Shown here piece after piece: positions 55,263 to 63,968 of a DNA stretch of 64,000 bases. How positions within the stretch are numbered: position 1 is the first letter of the stretch; the number at the start of each line of letters is the position of its first letter. The position numbers were made by a program, and so were the translations under genes. Origin of the DNA: a virus; the IMG/VR virus record IMGVR_UViG_3300021171_000010, positions 1 through 64,000 of that record. One strand, 5' to 3'. A model generated the notes under the pieces. It was not told where the DNA came from and made no database searches. It saw only the letters and a list, made by a program, of their open reading frames with translations.

Positions 55263-56507
55263 TTATGTGCTGCTTTTCTCCGTCAACTGACGTAGAAAAC
55301 TGTAGGAGTCTCCTCGCTCAACCGCGCCTGCTTCTTCCAGGGCCTTCTGGAATTCTTCCACGGTAGCCTCTTTGTAGCCGCGGGGCGTCTTCTCCAAAAT
55401 CTTATCTTCAAGGGTGCCGAAGCTCGCTTCAAGGCATGCTTGATATTCTTCCTCGTTCAAATATTTCAGGGCGACTTCCTTGAACTTCGCAAGGTCTTTA
55501 ATCTTTCGGCGCCCGCTCGTGGTCTCAATCTTGTAGCCGGGCGGAATCTTCGCGTCACCTCGAAGCACTCGATTTGTGACCTGCCGTTTAAACGCGCCAG
55601 TCCAAACTGCCATAACTTGGGCAAGCTCCATCGCGAGCTTTGTATTCTGCGGGTCTTGTATCTGCGTTGGCGTAATCGACTCCGGAAACGCTAGAGGATG
55701 AAACTTCTTTGCCACGCCCAAGGCAGTAGCGAGATTCGCCGGGCATCTACCGAGGTGGTCACAGAAAAGACACACCGGAGTGAACTGGCGCGCCAAAGAA
55801 AAATCTCCCAGGTGCTTTGCTTCGATTGCTCTTAGGCAGACGGTTTTAACTCGCCGATACAATTCGGGCGCCTGTTCGCGAGTGAACACAGCGTCTGTGA
55901 TGTAGTCCAGATGAGGCTGCTTAAACCAAAACCGAACCTTCTGAAGCTTGGCAAATCGTCTAAACAAACCCAGCGTGTAGGCGATGCCTTGAAGATTATT
56001 TTCAGCCGATTCAACCGCCCAGAATCCAAATTTATAGTCCACGAGTTCGGCGTATAATTCGTCCCAAGAGATGAATCCGTGGTCAATGTATCCGCCCGTT
56101 GTGCAATCAGCGTCTTCATATTTGCAATCGTCAATTGGCAAGTAAGTTTCTTTGAGCTCCTGGATTTGATACTTAGCGGGAACCGGTTGATTAACCGCCC
56201 AATCGTCACCCTTCGTATAGGCTTCTTGTGCCTGTTCCTGCATGAAAGCTCGCCGGGTAGCTACAAAATCCAGGCATTCCGCCACCGCCAAAGCGTCATC
56301 ATCTCCCAGTTGCGCGTTGTCTTCCTGCGAGTCCACCACCTTGTGCGCCCGGGTGCCGGCAGTTGAGCGGCGATGCACCAGACCGTCTGTCTTCGAATCG
56401 AAATCAGGACAGGCTTCCAAGCACTGCAGCTTGCTAGGTGACCTGGGATGATGCGGTCTTTCTTCCAGAATCCCAATGTTTTTGACTTCGAGGCCAGTGA
56501 CTTTCAT
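55263..56507 (-). CDS. PD-(D/E)XK / Cas4-like exonuclease (DUF2800-like)
   Basis: SPS......CP, GTRAH, E..L, GGYID, LVDYKFG, NNLQ..AY, CLFC...CP. Confidence 0.82.
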   Translation of the reverse strand: MKVTGLEVKNIGILEERPHHPRSPSKLQCLEACPDFDSKTDGLVHRRSTAGTRAHKVVDSQEDNAQLGDDDALAVAECLDFVATRRAFMQEQAQEAYTKGDDWAVNQPVPAKYQIQELKETYLPIDDCKYEDADCTTGGYIDHGFISWDELYAELVDYKFGFWAVESAENNLQGIAYTLGLFRRFAKLQKVRFWFKQPHLDYITDAVFTREQAPELYRRVKTVCLRAIEAKHLGDFSLARQFTPVCLFCDHLGRCPANLATALGVAKKFHPLAFPESITPTQIQDPQNTKLAMELAQVMAVWTGAFKRQVTNRVLRGDAKIPPGYKIETTSGRRKIKDLAKFKEVALKYLNEEEYQACLEASFGTLEDKILEKTPRGYKEATVEEFQKALEEAGAVERGDSYSFLRQLTEKSST

Positions 56508-56555
56508 AAAATAAGTAAGGCCAGAATATCACTTCCGGCCTTACTCACTCAACTA
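56508..56555 (-). promoter_or_regulatory. hairpin overlapping a candidate promoter
   Basis: AGTAAGGCCGGAA-GTGATA-TTCTGGCCTTACT-TATTTT-ATG; a TTGAGT-N16-GATATT promoter candidate overlaps the hairpin. Confidence 0.5.
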
Positions 56556-56566
56556 AATTTTTGAGG

Positions 56567-56845
56567 TTACTTCACCTTGCACCACCTACCGCCACAGAAG
56601 TGCCAAGCTCCTGGCTTGACGTCCAACAGAGCCGAAGCCCGGGCGGCATTGCGGATTTCAAGCAGCCGTTGCCGAAGCTTGTAAAGCGCCAGTAGCTTAG
56701 TCTGCGTGACATACTGAGGAGAAACTCCAAGCTGCTTTGCGATTTGTGCGTCAGTCATCCGCTTTTCAGGCGGCACGATGTCATCCAGGGCATCGTTAAT
56801 TTCCCGGCCAATTTGTAACTTTTCTTTAAGTGTATGAGTTGCCAT
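56567..56845 (-). CDS. HTH DNA-binding protein (sigma region 4-like)
   Basis: MTDAQIAKQLGVSPQYVTQT...AL.KLR. Confidence 0.7.
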   Translation of the reverse strand: MATHTLKEKLQIGREINDALDDIVPPEKRMTDAQIAKQLGVSPQYVTQTKLLALYKLRQRLLEIRNAARASALLDVKPGAWHFCGGRWCKVK

Positions 56846-56846
56846 T

Positions 56847-57041
56847 TTAGTATTTGGACATCACGCGAGACTTGATGTCCTGAGCGGGTTTTCCAGTAGG
56901 ACGCCAATTACTGTGCTCGACTGCGTTTAGCAATCGTTTCTGGCGAGCCGCCTTTGCAGGCGTTGTGGATTTTGCTTTGATACCTCCCGGAGTCCGCACC
57001 TGGACCCGGCCTTTTCCAACAGATTTTATACGCACTGGCAT
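56847..57041 (-). CDS. small basic protein
   Basis: MPVRIK...VRTPGG.KAK.TT..KA..Q.RLLNAVEH..WRPT. Confidence 0.65.
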   Translation of the reverse strand: MPVRIKSVGKGRVQVRTPGGIKAKSTTPAKAARQKRLLNAVEHSNWRPTGKPAQDIKSRVMSKY

Positions 57042-57532
57042 GTTTTAATGGTGGGAAAATTGAGCCGCGCAAACGAGCCAAAATATCTTGCAGCCAAAGC
57101 ATCATAAGCTTTAGCTGCCTCGATTTCATCAGTAAACAATCCTCCATAAATGTGAAGATAAAAATACCGAAGTTGCACAACCCATCGTTGTTTATCTGTC
57201 TTCCACGATACTCCACGAAAACGACTCGTTTTCCCAATTTTCAACTGGCGGAACGCAGAAGAATTTTGCTGATTAGAACAGGCCCTCAAATTCGAGCGAA
57301 GGCAATTTAAGCCATCTCCGTCTTTATGGTCTGTTTTTATTTTCCGGTCGGTAAGTCCCAAAATTACGCGATGTAAATAGCACTTTGTAAAGGAGCCGTC
57401 AGGTTTGACGGCGTGTCCGACCGCATAGGTGCGGCGTCCATATTTACGCGCCCACCAAGATTGCTGAGATACACGAACAAAGTCTTTTCGACTAACTCGT
57501 GCGAATCCTCCACTTGTAAGTAGTAATTTCAC
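57026..57532 (-). CDS. HNH-AP2 homing endonuclease (copy 5)
   Basis: GTG start at 57532; YLHRVILG, TDHKDGDGLN..RSNLR, SRFRGVSW, EAAKAYD...FGSFARLNFP. Confidence 0.88.
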   Translation of the reverse strand: MKLLLTSGGFARVSRKDFVRVSQQSWWARKYGRRTYAVGHAVKPDGSFTKCYLHRVILGLTDRKIKTDHKDGDGLNCLRSNLRACSNQQNSSAFRQLKIGKTSRFRGVSWKTDKQRWVVQLRYFYLHIYGGLFTDEIEAAKAYDALAARYFGSFARLNFPTIKTCQCV

Positions 57533-57781
57533 GCTGCAATTCGCAAACCTAATTCTGCGCCGCGGTCTACAAGAGACCGAAGCTGTTGGTTGAGCGGCGC
57601 GCAAGACTGCCGCAGCGATTTAATGCTGGCTGCCTTTTTAACGGCGCCCAGTTCCTCGTCATTCTCGATACGCATTATCTGCACATCGACCGATGCTAAC
57701 TCTGCTTGAATCTGCTTGACTCGCTTCGGAATTCTCCGAGCTCGATTAGCCAGCAGGTGTTTTTTGGTATTGTGTTGTCAT
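57529..57781 (-). pseudogene. small coiled-coil gene with a +1 frameshift near its start
   Basis: ATG 57781 in good context stops after 11 codons. The +1 frame gives TKKHLLANRARRIPKRVKQIQAELASV...GLRIAA*, ending in a GTGA overlap with the HNH start. Confidence 0.5.
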
Positions 57782-57893
57782 AAAAATAAACTGATTGAGA
57801 TTGCGAGCCAGATAAGCCGCCAGAGGCAAGCCCGGTCCCACCTCAGTTGAGAAAACGATTTGCATGGATGGAGTTGTCTATAAAGGCAAGGAT

Positions 57894-58436
57894 TCAATTG
57901 GCGAGCCTCAACATTTTCTGGAAAGTATCTTCACAATCCGGCGTGAAAGGAAAAGTGTTGGCCGGATTCACAAACTGGTCTGTCCGAATACGGTCAAAGA
58001 ACGGCACCACGATGTGCGGTGGAACGCCACGCTCATTACAGAATCGCTCAATAGTTGGCTTGGAAATACCAAGCTGGTAGTGAAGCTGAGCAACGCCCAC
58101 AGGAGTGGAGTCTATCCAAATTTCAACCTTCTTGGCCCAGGTATTGAGAAAAACCCCCTGTGCACCGCGCATACCGCAGTGCGCCGCTATGAGCCCCGCC
58201 CGGGCGCCCATACATTGAGCCCATCTCATATCGCCGGCCACGAATTCATGGGCATGCACCGTGTGATAAACAATCGGTGCACCTACCGGGATTGACTCCC
58301 TATGGGCGGCGAGAATAAGTGCATTTTCAAACTCTCTACTGCGCAGTCGGGACAGCTTTACTTCGTCCCGGGCCGCGAGAAGCTCCATGACCCTGGGGCA
58401 AGATTGCTGTGTATAAAGTTCTTGAAATGTATTCAT
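57894..58436 (-). CDS. hypothetical protein
   Basis: 180-aa ORF, ATGA-coupled. Confidence 0.6.
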   Translation of the reverse strand: MNTFQELYTQQSCPRVMELLAARDEVKLSRLRSREFENALILAAHRESIPVGAPIVYHTVHAHEFVAGDMRWAQCMGARAGLIAAHCGMRGAQGVFLNTWAKKVEIWIDSTPVGVAQLHYQLGISKPTIERFCNERGVPPHIVVPFFDRIRTDQFVNPANTFPFTPDCEDTFQKMLRLAN

Positions 58437-58675
58437 ACGCCGGCGAAAAAGGATTCGATGAATTTGTCTCGCCGCTCTGCGGTGCGATAGCCGCGGACCT
58501 TGTTCAGAAACCGGATAGCCTTGCGGCCCTCCAAAAACACGGTGTTCCGGAGCTTGGCGGAGTGCAGCACCACTTCAGTGGCTGACGCCTGCGTGAAGGA
58601 GCAATGCCGGTTGTGGTTGTCTTCCACCTTCACAGGAGCTTTGTTCATTTTGATGATTGTTGGCAAGTCGAACAT
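58433..58675 (-). CDS. hypothetical protein
   Basis: 80-aa ORF with TTTTATG start context. Confidence 0.6.
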   Translation of the reverse strand: MFDLPTIIKMNKAPVKVEDNHNRHCSFTQASATEVVLHSAKLRNTVFLEGRKAIRFLNKVRGYRTAERRDKFIESFFAGV

Positions 58676-58695
58676 AAAACTGTTACGAGATAAAG

Positions 58696-58902
58696 TTAAT
58701 TGTTACGGGCCGGATGACGAGACGGTAAATAGTTATGCTTAGGGCGGTCTTCATCGGGAACTGCATCAGTGAGCATCGCCCGGGCGGCAATGACTCGACC
58801 CCGCAAAGCGATTCCCTCCGGGGATTGGAAGTCTTTCACAGTATCTTCTGCTACGGCAACTGCAGCATTCAACGCCGCCCATTCTGCTCTGTTTAATCTC
58901 AT
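58696..58902 (-). CDS. hypothetical protein (probably leaderless)
   Basis: ATG 6 nt downstream of the promoter B -10 box. Confidence 0.55.
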   Translation of the reverse strand: MRLNRAEWAALNAAVAVAEDTVKDFQSPEGIALRGRVIAARAMLTDAVPDEDRPKHNYLPSRHPARNN

Positions 58903-58950
58903 GCCCAGAATATGACAGACACCACAACCAAAGGCAAGCGGATTTTAACG
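58903..58950 (-). promoter_or_regulatory. sigma70-like early promoter (copy B)
   Basis: GTTAAAATCCGC-TTGCCT-N17-CATATT-N6-ATG. Confidence 0.7.
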
Positions 58951-60441
58951 ATTTAAGGGCAGGTTATCCGGGCACCAGTCTGAATCAGTCAAAGTCATAA
59001 GGGCATCCAGGTTGTTTAGCTTACCCCGGACTGCACTCCAAATTTTCTTTTCTATTGTGCCAGCAGCGAAAAGCACTTTATAAAACGAATGAGATTTGCC
59101 GCTTTCCCTGGGAAGCCGGAAGAAAAGCTGGCGCATAGTCTCGGCAGAAAAGCATGGGCTCGCGATGCCGGCCCGGGGATGGCCGCCATGCAGGTCATGC
59201 AGCGACATCGACACCCCGCCGGCCTTGGAATTCACTATCAGTTTACGGAGGTGATTACTCTGGAAAGCGGCGAGGGTCTTCTCCCGGGTCTTGATTGTTG
59301 TGCCGTCGATAATGCCGGCACCGGGGAACTTCTTCAACAATTCTTCAATCGTTTGACGGTAGTTCACGAAAAACACCACTGATAATCCGCGGTCCGCATA
59401 GGTCTCGCCGAGCTCAGTCATAACCGGCACTTTTAGTAGCTCCACAGTCTGCTGCGCGCGCAGTATTTTGGTGAGCGGATGGTCCGGCGATTTATCATTT
59501 TCACTAGCATGCTGTTTTAGCGTTTCGACTGCTTCACGCATTATCCCATAAGCCCGGTCCATCTCTTCCGGCTTGTCCAAATCATAGAGTTCAGCGTCAA
59601 TCTGACAGGTGGGAAAACCGGGAATGCTTGCCACAGTCACTCTGACGCCACGAGCAGGAATAATCTGGTCCCTGATGGATTTCATAATTTCCAGTTGCCG
59701 GGACTTGCTAGCAAACCATTTCAAGCCACGCGTGTGCACATCGAACCGGACTTCCTGCTTCGCAAGCCAGCGTTTAAACGATGGGCGCCGCATTGCTGCA
59801 CCAAACTTTGTCTGCACTAATTCATCAGTGGAGTCATTATGTAAATCGAGAAGATAGCCGAGAGCTCGCATATCCAGGGGCGAGCTGGCCGGCGTAGCCG
59901 ACAAGCAAAGAGTCTTAATTCCTTGCCGCTTTGCCGCAAGACCGAGCTCGCAGTTCAAGGAATCGATACCGTTGAAGCGCTGCGACTCATCAAAAATTAC
60001 TAGGCGCACTGCTGGATTGAAAACGAAACTGCCGTAGTGGGCGCTAATTTTTTTAGTGACAAGGCAGTGAATTCCAGCCGGGTGGCAATAGCAAGGCACG
60101 AAGCGAGCGAAATCAACTTTGCACTGGCAATTCTCACACTGGAAATATTCCCGGGCTGCCCGGTATTCGGTCCAGGTGCCAAATTTTTGGTTTCCAGTGC
60201 GAAGAAGTTCATAATTGCAAAACGAAAACTTGTCATTAAAGGTCTCAGCAGCAAGGTCCCAGGCAGTCTTACTAATCTTAGGACCAACAATTAGGGCGGG
60301 TAGTTTTAACTGGGAGGCTACCCAGGCGCCCACGTAGGTCTTGCCGACTCCTCCATCTGACCAATCGACTACGGAGTCATGTTTCTGCAATAAAGTCAGA
60401 AGCTGCTCTGCAGGTTCGACTTGGTGAGGTCTTAGGGGCAC
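58945..60441 (-). CDS. superfamily 2 (SNF2-like) helicase with Cys/His insertion
   Basis: Q motif LRPHQ, GVGKT, NYELL, IFDESQR, LSATP, GGVSMSLHD, Q..R..R, GTIE..I; CENC...CYCH...HC insert. Confidence 0.85.
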   Translation of the reverse strand: MPLRPHQVEPAEQLLTLLQKHDSVVDWSDGGVGKTYVGAWVASQLKLPALIVGPKISKTAWDLAAETFNDKFSFCNYELLRTGNQKFGTWTEYRAAREYFQCENCQCKVDFARFVPCYCHPAGIHCLVTKKISAHYGSFVFNPAVRLVIFDESQRFNGIDSLNCELGLAAKRQGIKTLCLSATPASSPLDMRALGYLLDLHNDSTDELVQTKFGAAMRRPSFKRWLAKQEVRFDVHTRGLKWFASKSRQLEIMKSIRDQIIPARGVRVTVASIPGFPTCQIDAELYDLDKPEEMDRAYGIMREAVETLKQHASENDKSPDHPLTKILRAQQTVELLKVPVMTELGETYADRGLSVVFFVNYRQTIEELLKKFPGAGIIDGTTIKTREKTLAAFQSNHLRKLIVNSKAGGVSMSLHDLHGGHPRAGIASPCFSAETMRQLFFRLPRESGKSHSFYKVLFAAGTIEKKIWSAVRGKLNNLDALMTLTDSDWCPDNLPLNR

Positions 60442-60917
60442 GGAAAATTGAGACGTGCGAATTCTCCAAAATATTTACGCGCCGCAACATCATAAGCCCG
60501 GGCCGCTTCTTCTGCCGTTTTGAACCGCCCTAAAACAATTGATTTATAGTTTACACAAATCATCCCCACCCAAGGGGTCTGGGGGCGTCCTTTACAAGCA
60601 GAAACTCCTTTATATCCCGATTTATTATTTCGACGAAGGCCTTGATTTGCGTGATTTTGTGAATTAGTTGCGGGACGAAGATTGTGTCGCTGATTATCTA
60701 AGCCGTTAAGATTTTTATGCTTCCCCTGAATTTTAGAATCCGTAAGTCCTAAAATTTGTCGATGCATTAGATAATTTTTGCCTTTCCATCCTTCCTTACG
60801 CATCGCATACCAAGAGCCTCGAAAACAAACCGCTTGCCATCTCCATTGATTTAGCCAATCAAAATCAGCATCATCAACAAACGCAACTTTGCCCCGAGTT
60901 AGAATAATCTGTTTCAA
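60432..60917 (-). CDS. HNH-AP2 homing endonuclease (copy 6)
   Basis: LTRGKVAFVDDADFDWL, MHRQILG, GKHKNLNGLDN.R.NLR, NKSGYKGV, EEAARAYD.AA...FGEFARLNFP. Confidence 0.9.
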   Translation of the reverse strand: MKQIILTRGKVAFVDDADFDWLNQWRWQAVCFRGSWYAMRKEGWKGKNYLMHRQILGLTDSKIQGKHKNLNGLDNQRHNLRPATNSQNHANQGLRRNNKSGYKGVSACKGRPQTPWVGMICVNYKSIVLGRFKTAEEAARAYDVAARKYFGEFARLNFPCP

Positions 60918-61105
60918 TTTCCTAAAGCTTCACAACACCACGCGGCGTGGCGGTCTCCTTCAGGAACACCGCAGTGAGGACAAGCAGCGATAGCCAGTCC
61001 ACACTTGATGCATTCCCACCCCACAACAACGACCCCGCCAGTATCTTTACACTCTTCAGTGACTTCCTGAAGTTTGTGCGTTCCGCATTTTGGACACGTG
61101 TTCAC
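60914..61105 (-). CDS. small zinc-ribbon protein
   Basis: CPKCG, CIKCG, CPHCG, H...C. Confidence 0.65.
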   Translation of the reverse strand: MNTCPKCGTHKLQEVTEECKDTGGVVVVGWECIKCGLAIAACPHCGVPEGDRHAAWCCEALGN

Positions 61106-61539
61106 TTCTCCGTAAATTCAGCAATCAACTTGCCAGCGGGTCCCTTTGGGGGTCTATCATCAATCATGCAATCGCAGCTCATGGCATCCAGGATAATAGC
61201 CATGCAAGCTGCTACGCTGGCCTCGTGCGGCTTGCCAGTCTCGTGGTCCGCATCCTCGCCATCCAAGGCCTGTTGAAGGTGCCTCATCGCGGCTTCCAGG
61301 TAGACAGTCCTGCGGACTTTCTTGTCACGCCAATTGTAAGCGCCATACTTCTTAGCGCCCACTGCCATGGCGAACGAAGTGTATATGAGCAATGCCGGCG
61401 GCACTAATCGGAGCGGAGGTTTCTTCATCCCAAGAATGTCCTTGGGATTTGTTGTATCTACTGTTTCAGGCACGTTCATATCTCGTCCAGCTAGCTCAAG
61501 AGCTCGTGCATGCATCTGTGCCTCTGCAAAAGTGCTCAT
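61102..61539 (-). CDS. dATP/dGTP diphosphohydrolase-domain protein (DUF5664-like)
   Basis: NPKD..G.KK..L.LVP, GAKKYG.YNWR, Y..AAMRHL, GED.D.ETG.PH. Confidence 0.85.
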   Translation of the reverse strand: MSTFAEAQMHARALELAGRDMNVPETVDTTNPKDILGMKKPPLRLVPPALLIYTSFAMAVGAKKYGAYNWRDKKVRRTVYLEAAMRHLQQALDGEDADHETGKPHEASVAACMAIILDAMSCDCMIDDRPPKGPAGKLIAEFTEK

Positions 61540-61916
61540 GATGCGGGAATAAGCACAAAGTTTTCATATTGCCTCACTGGAATACCCAGGGCATGCGCGA
61601 CTGCCACTTCAGCACGGGCGCCCTTAGACCGTTCCCAGCCAGGAAGGCACACCACCATGTCTGCGTGCAAGCAGATATAATCACAATCCTTCAGGAAGGC
61701 CTCACGAAAATTCCACTTGAGATGCGCGATGTCTTTTAAGTCCCCGGTTTCGGATTTGTTGAATCCCACGCCGAATTCTTCCTCTTCACATTCCGCGGCG
61801 CTGAAGACTTCAAATCCTTTATCGCGAAGGGCGGCAGTCGCAGCGTGAAACGCGGGGAAGTTAAAGTCCTTGATGTTGCGCATCGGACCAGCCAAATATA
61901 TTTTTTGTGGATTCAT
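61536..61916 (-). CDS. DUF4406 / nucleoside deoxyribosyltransferase-like protein
   Basis: IYLAGPM....FNFPAF.AA...LR..G..V.S.A, AD....LPGWE.S.GARAE..VA..LG.PV. Confidence 0.85.
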   Translation of the reverse strand: MNPQKIYLAGPMRNIKDFNFPAFHAATAALRDKGFEVFSAAECEEEEFGVGFNKSETGDLKDIAHLKWNFREAFLKDCDYICLHADMVVCLPGWERSKGARAEVAVAHALGIPVRQYENFVLIPAS

Positions 61917-62116
61917 AGCGGGCTTTTCTGAGGAGGGTCGCCGCGCTGGCCAACTTCGGGAATACGAGTCTCTTCCTCTAGTTGCGTGCCGTCTTCACCG
62001 ACCTTCTTTTTAGTCTTGTCATAGACGCCGGCGGCACGATTTTTTTCCCCGGGCCACTGGGGTTGCTGACCTACCGTTTCCGGGGTCACCGATGAATTTG
62101 TTTCTTTTTCACTCAT
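61913..62116 (-). CDS. hypothetical acidic protein
   Basis: ATGA-coupled at both ends. Confidence 0.5.
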   Translation of the reverse strand: MSEKETNSSVTPETVGQQPQWPGEKNRAAGVYDKTKKKVGEDGTQLEEETRIPEVGQRGDPPQKSPL

Positions 62117-62334
62117 AAATTTTTGTTCCATTTAATGTAACTGCGCACTGCAAGAGCAAAGAAAACGCAGCAGATGAAAGCAAGGTCCCACATCCCGGCT
62201 GCAACAGATTTCACAATCCAAGCGGCTTCGCCAACCATCGAAAACCAGAACGCTCCTCGCCGGCGGTTGCCGATGCCCCAAAGGCCTGCAGTGATGGCGA
62301 TGTTACCGAGCCAGCCAAGCAGGAAGGTAATCAC
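62113..62334 (-). CDS. small membrane protein (PnuC-like half-transporter pattern)
   Basis: Three hydrophobic segments, G.W.IG..RR..FW...G...W, C-terminal Y.KW. Confidence 0.55.
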   Translation of the reverse strand: MITFLLGWLGNIAITAGLWGIGNRRRGAFWFSMVGEAAWIVKSVAAGMWDLAFICCVFFALAVRSYIKWNKNL

Positions 62335-63326
62335 AGGTCAACTCCAGTCACTGGTTCCGCAGGCGCTTGCGAGAAAAGCGCTTTGAATTCCTCCGGCGTG
62401 TAGAACCGCTGGCACGGGCTCGCTGTAATCGGGTCTGACCAAACCACCGGCTTCTTGTCGCCTTGAGGCTCTCGCTGCATTAGCTGCGAGGCTTGGCCAT
62501 CCAAGTGCGCCGCGAGCTGCTCATTACGCTGTCTCTTGTTGCGGCTCGCCATGGTGGTTTGAGAGGCTGCCACATGAAAATGCCTGAAGCCCGCTTCCTT
62601 GAGCATCTGGAATTCTGCCGTGGTCTGCACATCAGTCACCGCAACAATCCCGGATTGCACCTGGGAAGCTTCCTTAATAAGATACTTGGCCAGGAAACCT
62701 GCGGTGCCAAATTCCGGCATATCAAAAAGCAGCCGGGCGACCTGAGTCATTGTCACACGCTCCACCGTGTTTGGCTTTGCAAAATCGCCATTCGCCCAGG
62801 CGATTATCCGAGCAAATTCCTCTGCAGTAGGAGCCGGCCCCACCCAGAGCGCTCCTAATGGCATGTTGAATTCCAGCACCCGGGCGCCCAATAGCTGAGC
62901 GAGAAAAGACTTGCCGGCGCCAGAGCGGCCAGTGAAGAAGATTTTATGCGCGGGGTTTGTATTCACAGAAGCAATTTCCGGAAGGCCGGCCGCAGGCAGG
63001 GCAGCGGGCAGCACGGGGACTAGTTCCGAAGTCGGGACAGTTACAGTTTCCTCTTCCACCTTCGGCGCCGGAGCCCGCTTCCGCTTGCCCGCCATTGGAT
63101 TGGCTGCCGCCTGCGCTGCCTGCTCCTCCGCACTCGGTCCCCCCAGGGTTTCCGCCAGCATATGCGCCGCTTGCTGTTGCTCCAACTTGTCCGCAGCGCT
63201 CATCGCCGGGTCTTGGATGTTGGGGTTGTTTACGAGAGTTAGCAGGCTGCTTTGCGCGAGCAAGTCGTTTCCTTTGAGCGTGGGGTCCAGGGGGCGTGTA
63301 AGTTTTGAATCCAAAAGTCCGGGCAT
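62331..63326 (-). CDS. deoxynucleoside monophosphate kinase-like P-loop protein with low-complexity N-terminal extension
   Basis: IFFTGRSGAGKS.LA, VAVTDV...EF..LKE.GF. Confidence 0.65.
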   Translation of the reverse strand: MPGLLDSKLTRPLDPTLKGNDLLAQSSLLTLVNNPNIQDPAMSAADKLEQQQAAHMLAETLGGPSAEEQAAQAAANPMAGKRKRAPAPKVEEETVTVPTSELVPVLPAALPAAGLPEIASVNTNPAHKIFFTGRSGAGKSFLAQLLGARVLEFNMPLGALWVGPAPTAEEFARIIAWANGDFAKPNTVERVTMTQVARLLFDMPEFGTAGFLAKYLIKEASQVQSGIVAVTDVQTTAEFQMLKEAGFRHFHVAASQTTMASRNKRQRNEQLAAHLDGQASQLMQREPQGDKKPVVWSDPITASPCQRFYTPEEFKALFSQAPAEPVTGVDL

Positions 63327-63443
63327 AAACTAGTTCTTTCTGTTCTACTTGTATTGTCGGCGTTTCAACAGGCTGCGCGTCTTCGACATACTCGAAAAAC
63401 GCTTCACGGTATTCGCTGCATTCACTCACATGACGGATAGTAG

Positions 63444-63968
63444 CTAATTGCCGCGGTCTACACAACGTAATTTTATCTCGGCCAAGGTCAGCTCAATGAT
63501 GAGCTCGAAATGCATCACAGCTATGTCTAGTTCCGCCTGCCGGCGCTTTGCCATCCCGGCAGCGGCTTGCAGAATCGGTGCAGGTGAATCAGTGCGAGCA
63601 ATCTTGTCAAGCTGCCGGGCCAGCATCTGATAGGCGCACTGTGCATCCCGCCTTCGATTCGTCGCTCTACGATTCCACCTGTTCAACTGAGCGAAACTAG
63701 CGTAGTCGAAACGGTTTTCCAACTTGCCGTGCACTGGCTTCGCAACTCTGGTGGATTGATAATGATTCTCCCGGGCGCGCAGACATTCTTTGCGCTCTCG
63801 ATTAGTCATCCTCGCCTTTGGCGAACAGAGCATCTCAGTCGCCACTTCAATGGGCATGTGGTCAAACTGAACGCGTTCAATCGTCGTGCAACCTATTGGC
63901 GGAAACGGTTTCTGAATAGCGACAAGTTGGCCGTTTTTACAATCAAAATGATTAATGTGCTTATTCAT
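63444..63968 (-). CDS. hypothetical protein
   Basis: 174-aa ORF on the early strand. Confidence 0.55.
   Translation of the reverse strand: MNKHINHFDCKNGQLVAIQKPFPPIGCTTIERVQFDHMPIEVATEMLCSPKARMTNRERKECLRARENHYQSTRVAKPVHGKLENRFDYASFAQLNRWNRRATNRRRDAQCAYQMLARQLDKIARTDSPAPILQAAAGMAKRRQAELDIAVMHFELIIELTLAEIKLRCVDRGN

Noticed and set aside
55263-56507. Cas4-like gene as part of a CRISPR-Cas system
   Set aside because: No repeat-spacer array or other cas genes; it is a common stand-alone phage exonuclease in a PolA module.
3996-60441. Introns, inteins or stop-codon reassignment in core genes
   Set aside because: terL, the polymerase, primase, helicase and capsid read through intact in the standard code, and the HNH genes are intergenic.
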